From assembly GCA_031416755.1 (NCBI GenBank), contig JANOUE010000023.1, positions 34,972-98,971 on the forward strand: a DNA stretch of 64,000 nt. The letters run 5' to 3'. Below, one piece after another: positions 41,330 to 52,921 of the stretch. The stretch is from Hyphomicrobiales bacterium. GTDB lineage: Bacteria > Pseudomonadota > Alphaproteobacteria > Rhizobiales > Aestuariivirgaceae. The position numbers and the translations under genes were made by a program. Each line of letters opens with the position of its first letter. Within the stretch, counting starts at the first letter, position 1. The notes under the pieces are model-generated. The model was not told the origin of the DNA, did no database searches, and was given only the letters and a program-made list of their open reading frames with translations.

Positions 41330-44059
41330 ATGAGCCCTGAACTGAAATTTGCTGAAGCCTTGAAAACCTTGCCAAAGCAAGATGTGCTGGCTTTGCGCAC
41401 CCAAACTTCGGAACTCATCAAACTCTGCTTGAATGAATCGCGGATTCTCGCCGAAGCGGCCTTGTTGAAAAACGGCAAAGGCACACTGTGTGCTGAACAT
41501 CTGTCAAACACTGAAGACGCAATCATTCGCGCCATCTATTCTTACGCAAGTGACACGGTGTTTGCGGGTGGCGAACCTTTGGGCCTTTCCATTGTTGCTG
41601 TTGGCGGTTACGGCCGGGGCACGCTTGCGCCTGGTTCTGATATTGATCTGCTCTTTCTCATGCCGGGAAAATCAGACAGCAGAGCCGGCCAGATAGTTGA
41701 GTTTCTGCTTTATGCACTTTGGGATGCACGCCAGAAAGTTGGGCATGCGACACGCAATATTGATGACTGTTTGCGGCTGGCTAAGACCGACAATACCATT
41801 CTCACATCAATCCTCGAAGCGCGCTTCATTTGCGGGCAAGAAAAATTTTTCAATGCATTGTCAACGCGCTTTCGCAGTGAAATCGTTTTAGGCAGCGCCA
41901 AGAAGTTTGTATCTGATAAATTGGCCGAGCGCGATTCTCGGCACACCAAATCCGGACAAAGTCGATATGCGGTGGAGCCAGACCTGAAGGATGGCAAAGG
42001 TGGCCTTCGCGATTTGCACACACTCTTCTGGATTGCCAAATTTATCTTCAATGCCAACTCAATCGAAGAGCTGGCAGAAAAAGGCGCATTCACCCGCGAC
42101 GAACTGGCGCAATTTAAGAAATGCGAAGATTTTCTTTGGGCGGTGCGGTGCCATTTGCACTTCATAGCCAAGCGCGGTGAAGATAAATTGAGCTTTGATC
42201 GGCAATCGGAATTGGCCGAGCGCTTGGGGTACAAATCACACCAAGGCCTCAAACATGTTGAGCGCTTCATGAAGCATTATTTTTTGATTGCCAAAGATGT
42301 CGGCGATCTCACCCGTATTTTCTGCGCAAGCTTGGAGGCTAAACAATTCAAGGACGCGCCATCGCTTTCGCGCATGTTAAAAAATTTTTTGCCGCGCAAG
42401 TCAACGACATTCAAAGGCAATACTGCGTTTAAATTGGAATCGGGACGCATTTCAATTTCGCAAGATGATATTTTTGCATCTGAGCCTGTGAACATGCTGC
42501 GCATCTTCAAGTTGGCGAGCGACACCGGGCTAGAAATTCATCCCGACGCTCTTAAGGAACTGCGCAAATCACTGCGGCTTATTGACGAAACGTTGCGCAA
42601 CAATACAGAAGCAAATCAACTTTTTCTCGATATACTTACGGCAAGCACTATGCCTGAAACTTTGTTGCGGATGATGAATGAAGTTGGCGTGTTGGGGCGA
42701 TTCATTCCTGATTTTGGCAAAATTGTCGCGATGATGCAGTTTAATATGTATCATCATTATACCGTTGATGAACATCTCATCAGAAGCGTTGGTATCTTAG
42801 CGGATTTAGAACGGGGCGATCTTACCACCGAACATCCACTATCGGCGCAGCTTTTCCCAACACTCACCTCACGGCGCGTACTTTACGTGGCAACCTTTCT
42901 GCACGACATAGCCAAGGGCCGCCAAGAAGATCATTCTGTGGGTGGTGAGCGCATAGCGCGCGAAATTTGCCCGCGCCTTGGTTTAGATACAGCTGAAACG
43001 GACACAGTGGCCTGGCTCATTCGCTTTCATTTGCTCATGAGTGAAACGTCGCAAATGCGCGACCTAAACGATTTCAAAACCATTCTCGATTTCACGGCAA
43101 TTGTGCAAAGTCCAGAGCGTTTGAAGCTTTTGCTCATCCTTACTGTTGCAGATATCCGCGCTGTTGGACCCGGCGTGTGGAACGGTTGGAAGGGCCAATT
43201 ATTGCGCACACTTTATGCCGAGGCCGAGCCATTGCTCAGCGGTGGGCACACTGTAAGTTCCCGCAAAGACCGGGTCATTGAAGCACAAAACCAGTTCCTT
43301 TCCCATTATCCAAATTGGGATGAAGCTAGTCGCAAGGCCGCGACCAGCCGCCACTATGATGCCTACTGGCTCAATGTGGCCGTTGCTCGGCAAATGCGCC
43401 ATCAAACCTTGGTGGACCGCGCAGTCTTGGGCGAAGCTGCAACTGATATTCATATGGATGCTTTTGCGGCTGTCACTGAAATTACAGTCTACACTCCAGA
43501 TCATCCACGCCTTTTAGCTTTGGTCACTGGGGCTTGTGCGGCGGCAGGCGCCAACATTATTGGCGCACAGATTTTCACAACCAATGATGGCATGGCCCTT
43601 GATACAATTTTGCTCCAGCGCGAATTTGTGGGCGAGGACGACGAACGCAGACGCGCCGCTCGCGTTTGCGATTCAATTGTAAAAACTTTACGTGGACAGC
43701 TGCGCTTGCGCGAGGCTTTGGCTGATGCACAGCAACCCCAAGGCCGCGCACTTGCATTCAAAGTTTCCCCGCGCGTTATTGTTGATAACAGTTCGTCCAA
43801 CAAATACACCGTCGTAGAAATCAATGGTTTGGATCGTGTCGGCCTGTTGCATGGGCTGACTGACGCTCTGTTCCATCTTAATCTCAACATAGCCTCGGCA
43901 CATATCACAACCTTTGGTGAGAAGGCGATCGACGTGTTTTATGTAACCGATTTGACCGGCGCAAAAATTGAAAATGAGAATCGTAAATTCCAAATTGAAA
44001 AGTCATTAATGAGCGTGCTCTCACCGCAAGTCACCTCCAATTCCAGAATGAAAGCTTGA
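41330..44059 (+). CDS. glnD: [Protein-PII] uridylyltransferase / uridylyl-removing enzyme
   Basis: AVGGYGRG.L.P.SDIDL, EPD.K.G.GGLRD, HHYTVDEH, FLHDIAKG (HD) and two ACT domains. Confidence 0.97.
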   Translation: MSPELKFAEALKTLPKQDVLALRTQTSELIKLCLNESRILAEAALLKNGKGTLCAEHLSNTEDAIIRAIYSYASDTVFAGGEPLGLSIVAVGGYGRGTLAPGSDIDLLFLMPGKSDSRAGQIVEFLLYALWDARQKVGHATRNIDDCLRLAKTDNTILTSILEARFICGQEKFFNALSTRFRSEIVLGSAKKFVSDKLAERDSRHTKSGQSRYAVEPDLKDGKGGLRDLHTLFWIAKFIFNANSIEELAEKGAFTRDELAQFKKCEDFLWAVRCHLHFIAKRGEDKLSFDRQSELAERLGYKSHQGLKHVERFMKHYFLIAKDVGDLTRIFCASLEAKQFKDAPSLSRMLKNFLPRKSTTFKGNTAFKLESGRISISQDDIFASEPVNMLRIFKLASDTGLEIHPDALKELRKSLRLIDETLRNNTEANQLFLDILTASTMPETLLRMMNEVGVLGRFIPDFGKIVAMMQFNMYHHYTVDEHLIRSVGILADLERGDLTTEHPLSAQLFPTLTSRRVLYVATFLHDIAKGRQEDHSVGGERIAREICPRLGLDTAETDTVAWLIRFHLLMSETSQMRDLNDFKTILDFTAIVQSPERLKLLLILTVADIRAVGPGVWNGWKGQLLRTLYAEAEPLLSGGHTVSSRKDRVIEAQNQFLSHYPNWDEASRKAATSRHYDAYWLNVAVARQMRHQTLVDRAVLGEAATDIHMDAFAAVTEITVYTPDHPRLLALVTGACAAAGANIIGAQIFTTNDGMALDTILLQREFVGEDDERRRAARVCDSIVKTLRGQLRLREALADAQQPQGRALAFKVSPRVIVDNSSSNKYTVVEINGLDRVGLLHGLTDALFHLNLNIASAHITTFGEKAIDVFYVTDLTGAKIENENRKFQIEKSLMSVLSPQVTSNSRMKA

Positions 44060-44063
44060 ACCA

Positions 44064-45620
44064 ATGTCACTCGCGCGCTCAGCCTTAACCGTAGGTGGCT
44101 ATACCACTTTAAGCCGCATTCTTGGTTTCGTTCGCGACCAACTTGTGGCTTTCACCTTGGGCACCGGGTTCGTTGCCGAAGCCTTCTTTGTGGCCCAAAG
44201 AATTCCCAATATGTTTCGAGCACTATTTGCCGAAGGAGCATTCAACTCCGCATTCGTTCCGCTTTTTGCCAAGAAAGTCGAAGGCGAAGGACTAACGGCC
44301 GCACAAAAATTTGGCCATGAGGTGTTTTCAGTTTTGCTCGCGTGGGTGCTGGTATTCTGCACTGCGGCCATCATTTTCATGCCATGGTTGGTCTACATTA
44401 TTGCTCCCGGTTTTTCAGCCACACCAGAGCGTGTTCAACTCACTGTCGATCTTTTGCGGCTTTGTTTCCCCTATCTCTTGTTTATGTCGCTCACAGCGCT
44501 TCAAGGTGGCGTGCTCAATAGTCTTAACCGGTTCACGGCTGCGGCTGTAGCCCCCATTTTGTTGAACATCGTCATGATCGCCTCAAACATTGTGGTATGG
44601 TATTTTCAAACCGGAAACACGCCAACAACGGGATATATTTTTGCTGTTGGTGTTTCGCTTGCCGGAGTTGCACAGTTTCTTCTGCTGGCGTTTGCGTGCA
44701 GGCGCGCAGGCATGGCCTTCCTGCCGTCTTGGCCAAAGTTGACACCTGATGTGAAGCAAGTTCTGAAACTCAGCGTGCCGGGCATCATTTCTGGTGGCAT
44801 CATGCAAATAAATTTGCTGATCGCCACCATGATTGCAACTTCGATCGATCAAGCTGTGGCTTATCTTTATTATGCCGACCGCCTTTATCAATTGCCTTTA
44901 GGCATTATCATCGTTGCCATTGGCGTAGTGTTACTGCCAACGCTCTCGCGCAAAATTCGCGCCGGAGATCTTCAAGGTGCGATGGATGCCAAGAACCGTG
45001 CATTGGAACTTTCACTTTTCCTTACCCTGCCATCAGCAGCGGCCCTGATGGTGATTGCAGTACCGATTATTCACACCGTATTTGAGCATGGTGCATTTCA
45101 CGCAAACGACACCCAAGGTGTAGCTTTGGCGGTGATAGCCTTTGCCGCAGGTCTTCCGGCCTATGCTTTGAGCAAAGTGTTTCAACCGGGTTTCTATGCG
45201 CGCGAAGATACAAAAACGCCGATGCGTTTTGCTATAGTATCAGTTGTGGTAAACATCACGGCGAGTTTGGTGTTGGCGCATTTTTATGGTCACGTCGGGA
45301 TTGCAATTGCCACCAGCCTTGCGGCATGGACCAATGCTTTGCTGCTCTATGGCAAGCTCAAACAGCTCAAATATTTTGCCTTTGACGCCCGTAGCAGAAG
45401 CCGCTTGCCACTCATCATCCTCTCAACACTGGTTATGGCCGCTGTGCTGTGGGGCGTTGCCTTATTGCTACAAAAGCAATTTGCACCCGAAGCCCATTTT
45501 CTTGACTCGCTCTGGGCGTTGGTGGTCTTAGTCACAGCCGGCATTGTGACTTACTTTACCACAGCGCAAATTTCTGGCGCTTTTCGTTATTCTGACTTAA
45601 AGGCCGCCATAAGCCGCTAA
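44064..45620 (+). CDS. murJ: Lipid II flippase MurJ (MviN)
   Basis: [34 protein letters not shown] and [10 protein letters not shown] motifs. Confidence 0.96.
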   Translation: MSLARSALTVGGYTTLSRILGFVRDQLVAFTLGTGFVAEAFFVAQRIPNMFRALFAEGAFNSAFVPLFAKKVEGEGLTAAQKFGHEVFSVLLAWVLVFCTAAIIFMPWLVYIIAPGFSATPERVQLTVDLLRLCFPYLLFMSLTALQGGVLNSLNRFTAAAVAPILLNIVMIASNIVVWYFQTGNTPTTGYIFAVGVSLAGVAQFLLLAFACRRAGMAFLPSWPKLTPDVKQVLKLSVPGIISGGIMQINLLIATMIATSIDQAVAYLYYADRLYQLPLGIIIVAIGVVLLPTLSRKIRAGDLQGAMDAKNRALELSLFLTLPSAAALMVIAVPIIHTVFEHGAFHANDTQGVALAVIAFAAGLPAYALSKVFQPGFYAREDTKTPMRFAIVSVVVNITASLVLAHFYGHVGIAIATSLAAWTNALLLYGKLKQLKYFAFDARSRSRLPLIILSTLVMAAVLWGVALLLQKQFAPEAHFLDSLWALVVLVTAGIVTYFTTAQISGAFRYSDLKAAISR

Positions 45621-45636
45621 TTTGGAAAGCACTTTT

Positions 45637-46647
45637 ATGACCGCATTCACTCCTCGCGTATTTTCAGGCATGCAACCAACCGGCAATTTGCATCTCGGCA
45701 ATTATCTGGGCGCCATGCTCAACTGGGTAAAAATGCAAGACACCAATGAGTGTGTTTATTGCGTTGTGGATATGCATGCCATTACGCAGTGGCAGGAGCC
45801 CAAAGTCTTGCGTCAAGCCATACGTGATGTAACTGCTAGCTATATTGCCTGTGGGCTTGACCCTCAACGCTCGATTATTTTCAACCAAAGCCAAGTGCCA
45901 GAACATGCCGAGCTTGCGTGGATATTTAATTGTGTTTCACGTCTTGGTTGGTTGAACCGCATGACGCAATTTAAAGACAAAGCCGGCAAAGACAAAGAAG
46001 CAGCGTCCGTGGGGCTTTATGTTTACCCCAATTTGATGGCGGCAGATATTCTGGCTTATAAAGCAACCCATGTGCCGGTTGGTGAAGACCAGAAACAGCA
46101 TTTAGAATTGACGCGCGACATAGCGGCAAAATTTAACACTGACTATGCCGTTGAATTCTTCCCGCAGCCTGAACCATATATTGTGGGCACAGCGACCCGC
46201 GTAATGAGCCTTCGCGATGGCACCAAGAAAATGTCAAAGTCTGACCCTTCAGATTTATCACGCATCAATTTAACCGATACTGCCGATGACATCGCCAAGA
46301 AAATCCGCAAAGCTAAAACCGATATGGATGCCCTGCCTTCAGAACCAGCGGGCTTGAAAGGTCGCCCAGAGGCTGAAAATCTCGTCGGCATTTTTGCGGC
46401 CTTGAACGGCGGCACTGTGCAAGATGTTCTAAGCCAATTTGGTGGTGGGCAATTTTCTGGTTTGAAAAATGCGCTGGCAGATTTGGCAGTGGAAAAACTG
46501 GCCCCCATCGCCACCGAAACCAAACGCCTGCAAGCTGAGCAGTCATATATTGATCAAGTTCTGGCGGATGGCGCCAGTCGAGCGCGGGCTATTTCAGCAC
46601 CAATTGTGCGCGAAGTGCGTGAAATTGTTGGGTTTTTGGTTTCTTGA
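45637..46647 (+). CDS. trpS: Tryptophan--tRNA ligase
   Basis: SGMQPTG.LHLGNY, YP.LMAADIL, VPVGEDQ.QH.E and KMSKS motifs. Confidence 0.98.
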   Translation: MTAFTPRVFSGMQPTGNLHLGNYLGAMLNWVKMQDTNECVYCVVDMHAITQWQEPKVLRQAIRDVTASYIACGLDPQRSIIFNQSQVPEHAELAWIFNCVSRLGWLNRMTQFKDKAGKDKEAASVGLYVYPNLMAADILAYKATHVPVGEDQKQHLELTRDIAAKFNTDYAVEFFPQPEPYIVGTATRVMSLRDGTKKMSKSDPSDLSRINLTDTADDIAKKIRKAKTDMDALPSEPAGLKGRPEAENLVGIFAALNGGTVQDVLSQFGGGQFSGLKNALADLAVEKLAPIATETKRLQAEQSYIDQVLADGASRARAISAPIVREVREIVGFLVS

Positions 46648-46655
46648 AGCAACCT

Positions 46656-46684
46656 CTTTAAGTTTCTCCGTAATGGGCCTATAT
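46656..46684 (+). promoter_or_regulatory. Probable RpoH promoter of nfuA
   Basis: CTTTAA-N16-CCTATAT, 21 nt upstream of the ATG. Confidence 0.55.
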
Positions 46685-46705
46685 ATCCGACAAGAGGACT
46701 CAACT

Positions 46706-47263
46706 ATGTTTATTCAAACCGAAGCCACCCCAAATCCCGCTACCCTGAAATTTATTCCGGGCAAACCGGTTTTGCCGGGCTCTACCCGTGAATACAAGAA
46801 AGCAGCGGATGCTCTGGAATCGCCATTGGCTGAAAAACTGTTCAGCGTGAACGGTGTTTCGGGCGTGTTTCTCGGTCATGATTTTATTACGGTAAGCAAG
46901 GCCGCAGGAGAGTGGCAACATTTGAAGCCAGCCATTCTCGGTTTGATCATGGATCATTATGTATCGGGCGCCCCAATGCTTACGGATGCGGGTATCATCG
47001 AAATGTCTGGTGAAGAGTTTTTTGATGAAGAACATTCTGAAATTGTGAAAACAATTAAAGATCTGCTCGACACAAGGGTGCGCCCGGCAGTGGCCCAAGA
47101 TGGTGGCGACATCACCTTCAAAGGCTTCAAAGAAGGAATCGTCTATCTAAACATGAAGGGTTCATGTGCTGGCTGCCCCAGCTCAACTGCCACTTTGAAG
47201 CATGGCATTGAAAACCTGATGCGCCATTTCGTGCCTGAAGTTTCGGAAGTCCGCGCGGTTTAA
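46706..47263 (+). CDS. nfuA: NifU/NfuA-type Fe-S cluster carrier
   Basis: MFIQTE.TPNP.TLKF, VRPAVA.DGGDI and GSCAGCPSS..TLK.GIE motifs. Start placed at 46706 (RBS GAGGA), not at the ORF-track start. Confidence 0.92.
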   Translation: MFIQTEATPNPATLKFIPGKPVLPGSTREYKKAADALESPLAEKLFSVNGVSGVFLGHDFITVSKAAGEWQHLKPAILGLIMDHYVSGAPMLTDAGIIEMSGEEFFDEEHSEIVKTIKDLLDTRVRPAVAQDGGDITFKGFKEGIVYLNMKGSCAGCPSSTATLKHGIENLMRHFVPEVSEVRAV

Positions 47264-48033
47264 CGGTTCTCGAATTTTGCTGCCCGTTTTTCTAAAAATG
47301 CCGCCATGCCTTCTTTTTGGTCATGAAGGTCAAACATCGAATGGATGAGCTCTCGCTCCAATTTTAATCCGGAACTTAATGGCAATTCCTCTGCAGCTTT
47401 CATCGCTTGTTTTGCGGCCTTGGCCACGGGGCGAGAAAGGCTAGCAACTTTCATGGCAACGGCCATCACTTCATCCATGAACTTTTCAGATGCAACGACC
47501 AGCGACACCATGCCAATACGTTCAGCTTCGGCAGCATCAATCATGCGGCCTGTCAGAATCATTTCCATCGCTTTGGCCTTGCCCACGGCGCGCACCAAGC
47601 GCTGCGTGCCACCGGCCCCTGGAATAATGCCAAGGCCTGTTTCCGGCAGGCTGAACTTAGCATTTTCTGCAGCAATAATTATGTCGCACACTAAAGCAAA
47701 TTCGCAGCCACCGCCCAAGGCAAAACCTGATACAGCAGCAATGATTGGTTTGGTGATGCTGCTGATGTGATCCCAATCATGCAGAAAATTTTCAGCTTTA
47801 ACCTGCAGAAAAGTTTTATCTTTCATCTCACGAATATCAGCGCCAGCGGCAAAGGCTTTTTCATTGCCGGTTAGAATGATTGCGCCAATTGCAGTGTCAC
47901 TTTCGAATTGATCAAGTGCAGTATTCAATTCCAGCACCATAGCCGAGTTTAACGCATTGAGCGCCTTGGGACGATTAAACTGAATGATGCCAACCGCACC
48001 TTGCGTGGAGACTATGATGCTTTCAAAATTCAT
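47260..48033 (-). CDS. Enoyl-CoA hydratase
   Basis: RPKALNAL, AFAAGADI, GFALGGGCE, PE..LG.IPGAGGTQRL and EGM.AF.EKR motifs. Confidence 0.92.
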   Translation of the reverse strand: MNFESIIVSTQGAVGIIQFNRPKALNALNSAMVLELNTALDQFESDTAIGAIILTGNEKAFAAGADIREMKDKTFLQVKAENFLHDWDHISSITKPIIAAVSGFALGGGCEFALVCDIIIAAENAKFSLPETGLGIIPGAGGTQRLVRAVGKAKAMEMILTGRMIDAAEAERIGMVSLVVASEKFMDEVMAVAMKVASLSRPVAKAAKQAMKAAEELPLSSGLKLERELIHSMFDLHDQKEGMAAFLEKRAAKFENR

Positions 48034-48042
48034 TGATCAATC

Positions 48043-48936
48043 CTATTTCTGACAAACGGAACAATAAAACGTCGATCGCCCCGCCTGCATCATGCGTTTG
48101 ATAGTACCCTTGCATGCCTTCAAGCCGCAAGCATCGCCTTCGCGATCATATGCGGAAAAGCGCTGCTGATAAGTGCCTTTCTCACCATCTGCTCCAACGA
48201 AATCCTGCAACGTTGAACCGCCAGCGATTATGGCTTCGTTCAAAATATCTTTAATGTGGCGCACCAAAACTTCAAGCCGTGGATCATAGGATTTTGACTT
48301 CACCAAACTTCCAGCTTTGCGCAGTGGCGAAAGGCCTGCGCGGTGCAGCGCTTCACACACATAAATATTTCCAAGCCCTGCAATCACCCGCTGATCGAGC
48401 AGGGCGGCCTTTAAGGGTGCTGACTTATGGCGGAATTTTTCTGCCAAATGTATGGCCGAAAGCGCGTTTCCCAAGGGCTCCACACCAATATGCTTGAGCA
48501 GCCTATGCTCCTGCAAAACCTGGGTTTCAGTCACATCCATCATACCAAACCGGCGAGGATCGCTGTAAACCAAGCGCACGCCATTGTCCAAAGTGAACAC
48601 GACATGATCATGCGGGCCATCAGCCTTATGGCCAGCCCCAGTCTCAAAGTAAAATTCTCCTAAATTGGCAGAACTGCTTTCGGGCTGCAAAACCGTAAAT
48701 CGCCCGGTCATGCCCAAATGCACAATCAGGCTTTGTCCATTGTCACAACCGATCAGAATGTATTTGGCACGCCGCGTGAGGTTTTGAACTTTAGCGCCTT
48801 CAAGCTTGCTTGCAAAATCCACTGGGAATGGAAAGCGCAAGTTTGCACGCCGCAAGGCTACGCCAATGATCACATGGTCGCGCAAAATCGGCTCCAGACC
48901 ATTTTTAACAGTTTCAACTTCGGGAAGCTCAGGCAT
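48043..48936 (-). CDS. mutM: Formamidopyrimidine-DNA glycosylase
   Basis: N-terminal PELPEVE, RRAKY, HLGMTG, DPRRFG, GLGNIY.CE and a C-terminal Zn finger. Confidence 0.97.
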   Translation of the reverse strand: MPELPEVETVKNGLEPILRDHVIIGVALRRANLRFPFPVDFASKLEGAKVQNLTRRAKYILIGCDNGQSLIVHLGMTGRFTVLQPESSSANLGEFYFETGAGHKADGPHDHVVFTLDNGVRLVYSDPRRFGMMDVTETQVLQEHRLLKHIGVEPLGNALSAIHLAEKFRHKSAPLKAALLDQRVIAGLGNIYVCEALHRAGLSPLRKAGSLVKSKSYDPRLEVLVRHIKDILNEAIIAGGSTLQDFVGADGEKGTYQQRFSAYDREGDACGLKACKGTIKRMMQAGRSTFYCSVCQK

Positions 48937-49007
48937 GGTTAACCGTGTTAACGTGTCGCGGCCTAGATTCAATAGAAGTCTTTGCCGCAATGCACTATCT
49001 TAAGACA

Positions 49008-49769
49008 ATGACACAGGAAAATGAAAATGCAGCATTCGGCTTTCGCCACGTGCCAACGGGTGAAAAGCAAGGCTTGGTGAATGAAGTTTTTTCCAAGGCC
49101 GCCTCGCGCTATGATCAGATGAATGATCTCTTGTCGTCTGGCCTGCACAGGCTGTGGAAAGATGACATGATCACAATGTTAAATCCACCCAAGACCAACC
49201 GCGCATTTAACGCATTGGATGTGGCTGGCGGCACAGGCGATATTGCGTTTCGCATCCTTGACGCAAGCGGACCCAACACGCGCGTGACCGTGGCTGACAT
49301 ATCGCCAGAAATGGTGGGTGAGGGCCAAAAGCGTGGAGAGCGTGAGGGCCGCCTGAGCCGATGTTCCTTCACAGTTGGTAATGCTGAATCATTGGCCTTT
49401 CCGGAGCGGAATTTTGACTCTTACACAATTGCTTTTGGCATTCGCAATGTCACCCACATCGACAAGGCTTTGTCTGAAGCTTACCGCGTTTTAAAGCCCG
49501 GCGGGCGTTTTCTCTGCCTTGAATTTTCTCATATGGAATTGCCGATAGCGCAAAAGATTTACGATGCCTATTCCTTCACCGTCATTCCAGCCGTTGGAAA
49601 AGTGGTGACAGGCGATGGTCAACCCTATCGCTATTTGGTGGAAAGTATTCGCATGTTCCCTCGTCAGGAAGAATTTTCTGAGAAAATGCGGATTGCTGGT
49701 TTCAGCAAAGTAACCCACCGTAATCTCACAGGCGGGGTGGTTGCCATTCACTCTGGTTGGCGCATTTGA
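49008..49769 (+). CDS. ubiE: UbiE ubiquinone/menaquinone C-methyltransferase
   Basis: [40 protein letters not shown] and YRYLVESI motifs. Confidence 0.96.
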   Translation: MTQENENAAFGFRHVPTGEKQGLVNEVFSKAASRYDQMNDLLSSGLHRLWKDDMITMLNPPKTNRAFNALDVAGGTGDIAFRILDASGPNTRVTVADISPEMVGEGQKRGEREGRLSRCSFTVGNAESLAFPERNFDSYTIAFGIRNVTHIDKALSEAYRVLKPGGRFLCLEFSHMELPIAQKIYDAYSFTVIPAVGKVVTGDGQPYRYLVESIRMFPRQEEFSEKMRIAGFSKVTHRNLTGGVVAIHSGWRI

Positions 49770-51301
49770 TGGCCAATGTGTTTTCGAACATCGCGCGCCT
49801 TCTGCATGCTGGCTTTGTGTTGGCGCGCTATGATGCGCTCATTCCTCCTGATCAATTAAAGCAAGCGCCGTGGCCTGCTCGCGCTGTTTTAAAAATTGTC
49901 AAACTCGGCCGCACAGAATCCCTTGCAGGCGGCGAGCACAATAATCTGACAGCAGCCCTCACACGTCTCGGCCCGAGCTATATCAAACTCGGGCAATTCT
50001 TGGCCACGCGCGCAGATATGATCGGAGCCAAGCGTGCATTTGAGTTGAAAGTGCTGCAAGACCGCTTGCCAGCCTTCCCCGATGCTGAAGCGCGGGCCAC
50101 TGTGGAACGAGAATTGGGCAAGCCCGTATCAGAGCTATTTAAAACCTTCGGCCCCGCCATTGCAGCAGCTTCAATTGCCCAAGTGCACAAAGCCACAACG
50201 ATTGAGGGCAAAGTAGTTGCCGTAAAAATTCTTCGGCCCAGAGTTGAAATTCGCTTTCGCAATGATATTGAAAGTTTCGCCTTTGCCGCTCGCATCGTGG
50301 AACGGTTGAGTAAAGAAGGTAAACGCCTGCGCCCCACATCAGCTGTTGCCATGCTTGAAGAGTCCATGAAGCTTGAATTGGATTTGCGCATGGAAGCCTC
50401 CGCACTTTCAGAAATCGGTCAGAACTCAAAAGACGACCCAGGCTTTCGCGTGCCTGACGTTGATTGGGCCCGCAGTGCCAAGCGTGTGCTCACCACTGAG
50501 TGGATCGACGGCACATCCTTGGCCGATGTACCCGCATTGCGCCTAAAAGGCTATGATCTCAACGCGCTGGCAAATACTATTATTCAAAGCTTTCTGCGCC
50601 ACGCCATTCGTGATGGATTTTTCCATGCCGATATGCATCAAGGCAATTTAATTGTAGATCCACAAGGTACTTTGGTGGCGCTCGATTTTGGCATCACCGG
50701 ACGCCTCAGCCAAAGCGACCGATTGTTTCTTGCTGAAATACTCTATGGTTTCATCACCCGCGATTATTTGCGCATTGCGCAAGTGCATTTTGATGCGGGC
50801 TATGTTCCAGACACGCAAGATGTTAATACATTTGCTCAAGCTTTGCGCGCCATTGGAGAGCCGATCATGGGGCTGCCTGCTGAACAGATTTCCATGTCGC
50901 GGCTGCTGACGCAGCTGTTTGAAGTTACCGAGCAGTTCCAAATGCAAACTCAACCGCAATTGTTGCTCTTGCAAAAAACCATGGTGGTGACAGAAGGTGT
51001 TGCCCGCACCCTCAACCCCACACTCAACATGTGGTCGGCAGGTGAACCGGTGGTGCGCCATTGGATTGAACGGAAGTTGGGGCCCTTGGGAAAAATAGAA
51101 CAAGCTGGCGGCAGTGTCATGTCGCTCGCGCGGCTTGGCCTGAAAATTCCAGCACTCATCGATGATGCCCATAAAATCACGCGTAAACTAACAGAGCTCG
51201 CCAACCCTAAGCCAACGCAGCCGCCGCGATGGCACATGCCTGTTTTACTTTTGGGCGTTGCCGTCCTTATTGTGATTGGCTTGCAATTGGTGCTTAAATA
51301 A
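49769..51301 (+). CDS. ubiB: UbiB ubiquinone biosynthesis protein kinase-like
   Basis: LGPSYIKLGQ.LATR, AAASIAQVH, VAVK.LRP, FFHADMHQGN, DFGI.G and QPQL.LLQKT motifs. Confidence 0.95.
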   Translation: MANVFSNIARLLHAGFVLARYDALIPPDQLKQAPWPARAVLKIVKLGRTESLAGGEHNNLTAALTRLGPSYIKLGQFLATRADMIGAKRAFELKVLQDRLPAFPDAEARATVERELGKPVSELFKTFGPAIAAASIAQVHKATTIEGKVVAVKILRPRVEIRFRNDIESFAFAARIVERLSKEGKRLRPTSAVAMLEESMKLELDLRMEASALSEIGQNSKDDPGFRVPDVDWARSAKRVLTTEWIDGTSLADVPALRLKGYDLNALANTIIQSFLRHAIRDGFFHADMHQGNLIVDPQGTLVALDFGITGRLSQSDRLFLAEILYGFITRDYLRIAQVHFDAGYVPDTQDVNTFAQALRAIGEPIMGLPAEQISMSRLLTQLFEVTEQFQMQTQPQLLLLQKTMVVTEGVARTLNPTLNMWSAGEPVVRHWIERKLGPLGKIEQAGGSVMSLARLGLKIPALIDDAHKITRKLTELANPKPTQPPRWHMPVLLLGVAVLIVIGLQLVLK

Positions 51302-51305
51302 GATC

Positions 51306-52487
51306 ATGCGTAAATCCATTCTCCTCATCATCGGCGGCGGCATTGCAGCTTATAAAAGTTTGGAGTTGATCCGATTGCTCAAAGGCAAAGGCATTGCCGT
51401 GCGGGCGATTCTGACCAAGGCGGCAGAAGAATTTGTAACGCCATTGTCTGTGGCCTCTCTTTCCGGCGAGAAAGTCCACAGCGCATTATTCAATCTCACT
51501 GACGAAATTGAAATGGGCCACATTGAACTTTCGCGATCGGCCGATCTCGTTGTGGTGGTTCCGGCCACTGCCGATTTAATGGCTAAAATGGCCAGTGGAA
51601 TGGCCAATGATTTGGCTTCAACCACACTGCTTGCCACCGATAAACCGGTGCTCATTGCCCCGGCAATGAATGTGCGTATGTGGCTGCACGCAGCAACGCA
51701 GCGCAATCTCACAACATTAAGAGACGACGGCATTCATGTAATTGGCCCCAATGACGGCGACATGGCGTGTGGGGAATTTGGCCCGGGCCGCATGGCCGAG
51801 CCAGTTGAAATTCTGGCTGCTATCGAAAATCTCTTCCAACCAAAACTGCTCAACGGCAAAAAAATTCTGATCACCGCAGGCCCAACGCGTGAGCCAATAG
51901 ACCCAGTGCGTTATATCTCCAATCATTCCTCCGGCAAACAAGGCTACGCACTGGCCGAAGCTGCGTTTCAGATGGGGGCAGACGTCACATTGGTTTCTGG
52001 CCCAGTATCTTTGCCACAACCTTTCGGGGTGAAGCTGATTAATGTGCAAACCGCAGATGAAATGTTGGCCGCTTGCGCAAATTCTCTTCCCATGGACATC
52101 GCGATTTTTGTCGCCGCTGTAGCGGATTGGAAAGTAAGCAAGCCTGCAGCCGACAAAATAAAAAAACCAAAATCCGGTGCGGTTCCAACACTCAGCTTCA
52201 TTGAAAACCCTGATATTCTGCAAACTATTGCCAGAGGTTTAAAGCGCCCGACCTTGGTCGTTGGTTTTGCCGCCGAAACTGAAAAAATTATTGAACACGC
52301 ACAAGCTAAACTCGCGAAAAAATCTTGCGATCTCATCGTCGCCAATGATGTGAGTGAAGGCGTGTTCGGCAGCAATCAAAACACTGTGCTTCTGGTTTCA
52401 AAATCGGGCGTCGAGACTTGGCCAAAACTTTCTAAGGCGAAAGTTGCCACGCGCCTCATGTCTCATCTGGCGGGACTTCTGAAATGA
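51306..52487 (+). CDS. coaBC: Phosphopantothenoylcysteine decarboxylase/ligase
   Basis: [43 protein letters not shown] and GFAAET motifs. Confidence 0.97.
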   Translation: MRKSILLIIGGGIAAYKSLELIRLLKGKGIAVRAILTKAAEEFVTPLSVASLSGEKVHSALFNLTDEIEMGHIELSRSADLVVVVPATADLMAKMASGMANDLASTTLLATDKPVLIAPAMNVRMWLHAATQRNLTTLRDDGIHVIGPNDGDMACGEFGPGRMAEPVEILAAIENLFQPKLLNGKKILITAGPTREPIDPVRYISNHSSGKQGYALAEAAFQMGADVTLVSGPVSLPQPFGVKLINVQTADEMLAACANSLPMDIAIFVAAVADWKVSKPAADKIKKPKSGAVPTLSFIENPDILQTIARGLKRPTLVVGFAAETEKIIEHAQAKLAKKSCDLIVANDVSEGVFGSNQNTVLLVSKSGVETWPKLSKAKVATRLMSHLAGLLK

Positions 52488-52921
52488 AAGTTCAGATCAC
52501 GCGACTAGCCGGTGCAATCGATCTGCCCTTGCCGAGTTATGCAACAGCGGGCGCTGCTGGCTTAGATTTGCGCTCAGCTGAAACCCTCACCTTGAAGCCA
52601 AATGCCAGGGCGTTGGTTGCCACCGGCATCACGATTGCTCTGCCAGATAATTACGAAGCGCAAGTGCGCCCACGCTCAGGACTAGCTGTAAATCATGGTG
52701 TGACAGTGCTTAATTCCCCCGGCACCATTGATTGCGATTATCGCGGTGAAATCAAAGTGCCATTAATCAATCATGGCACGGAAGATTTTGTCGTTATGCG
52801 TGGCGATCGCATTGCGCAAATGGTAATTGCTCCGGTGATACAAATCGAACTGCTTGAGGTTGCCGTAGCTGATGAGACCCCACGCGGTGCCGGCGGCTTT
52901 GGTTCATCGGGGAAAAACTGA
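52484..52921 (+). CDS. dut: dUTP diphosphatase
   Basis: [28 protein letters not shown] and RG.GGFGSSG motifs. Confidence 0.97.
   Translation: MKVQITRLAGAIDLPLPSYATAGAAGLDLRSAETLTLKPNARALVATGITIALPDNYEAQVRPRSGLAVNHGVTVLNSPGTIDCDYRGEIKVPLINHGTEDFVVMRGDRIAQMVIAPVIQIELLEVAVADETPRGAGGFGSSGKN

Noticed and set aside
46469-46705. 79-aa N-terminal extension of nfuA in the ORF track
   Set aside because: It overlaps trpS in another frame. The family N-terminus MFIQTE, an RBS and a promoter all point to 46706.
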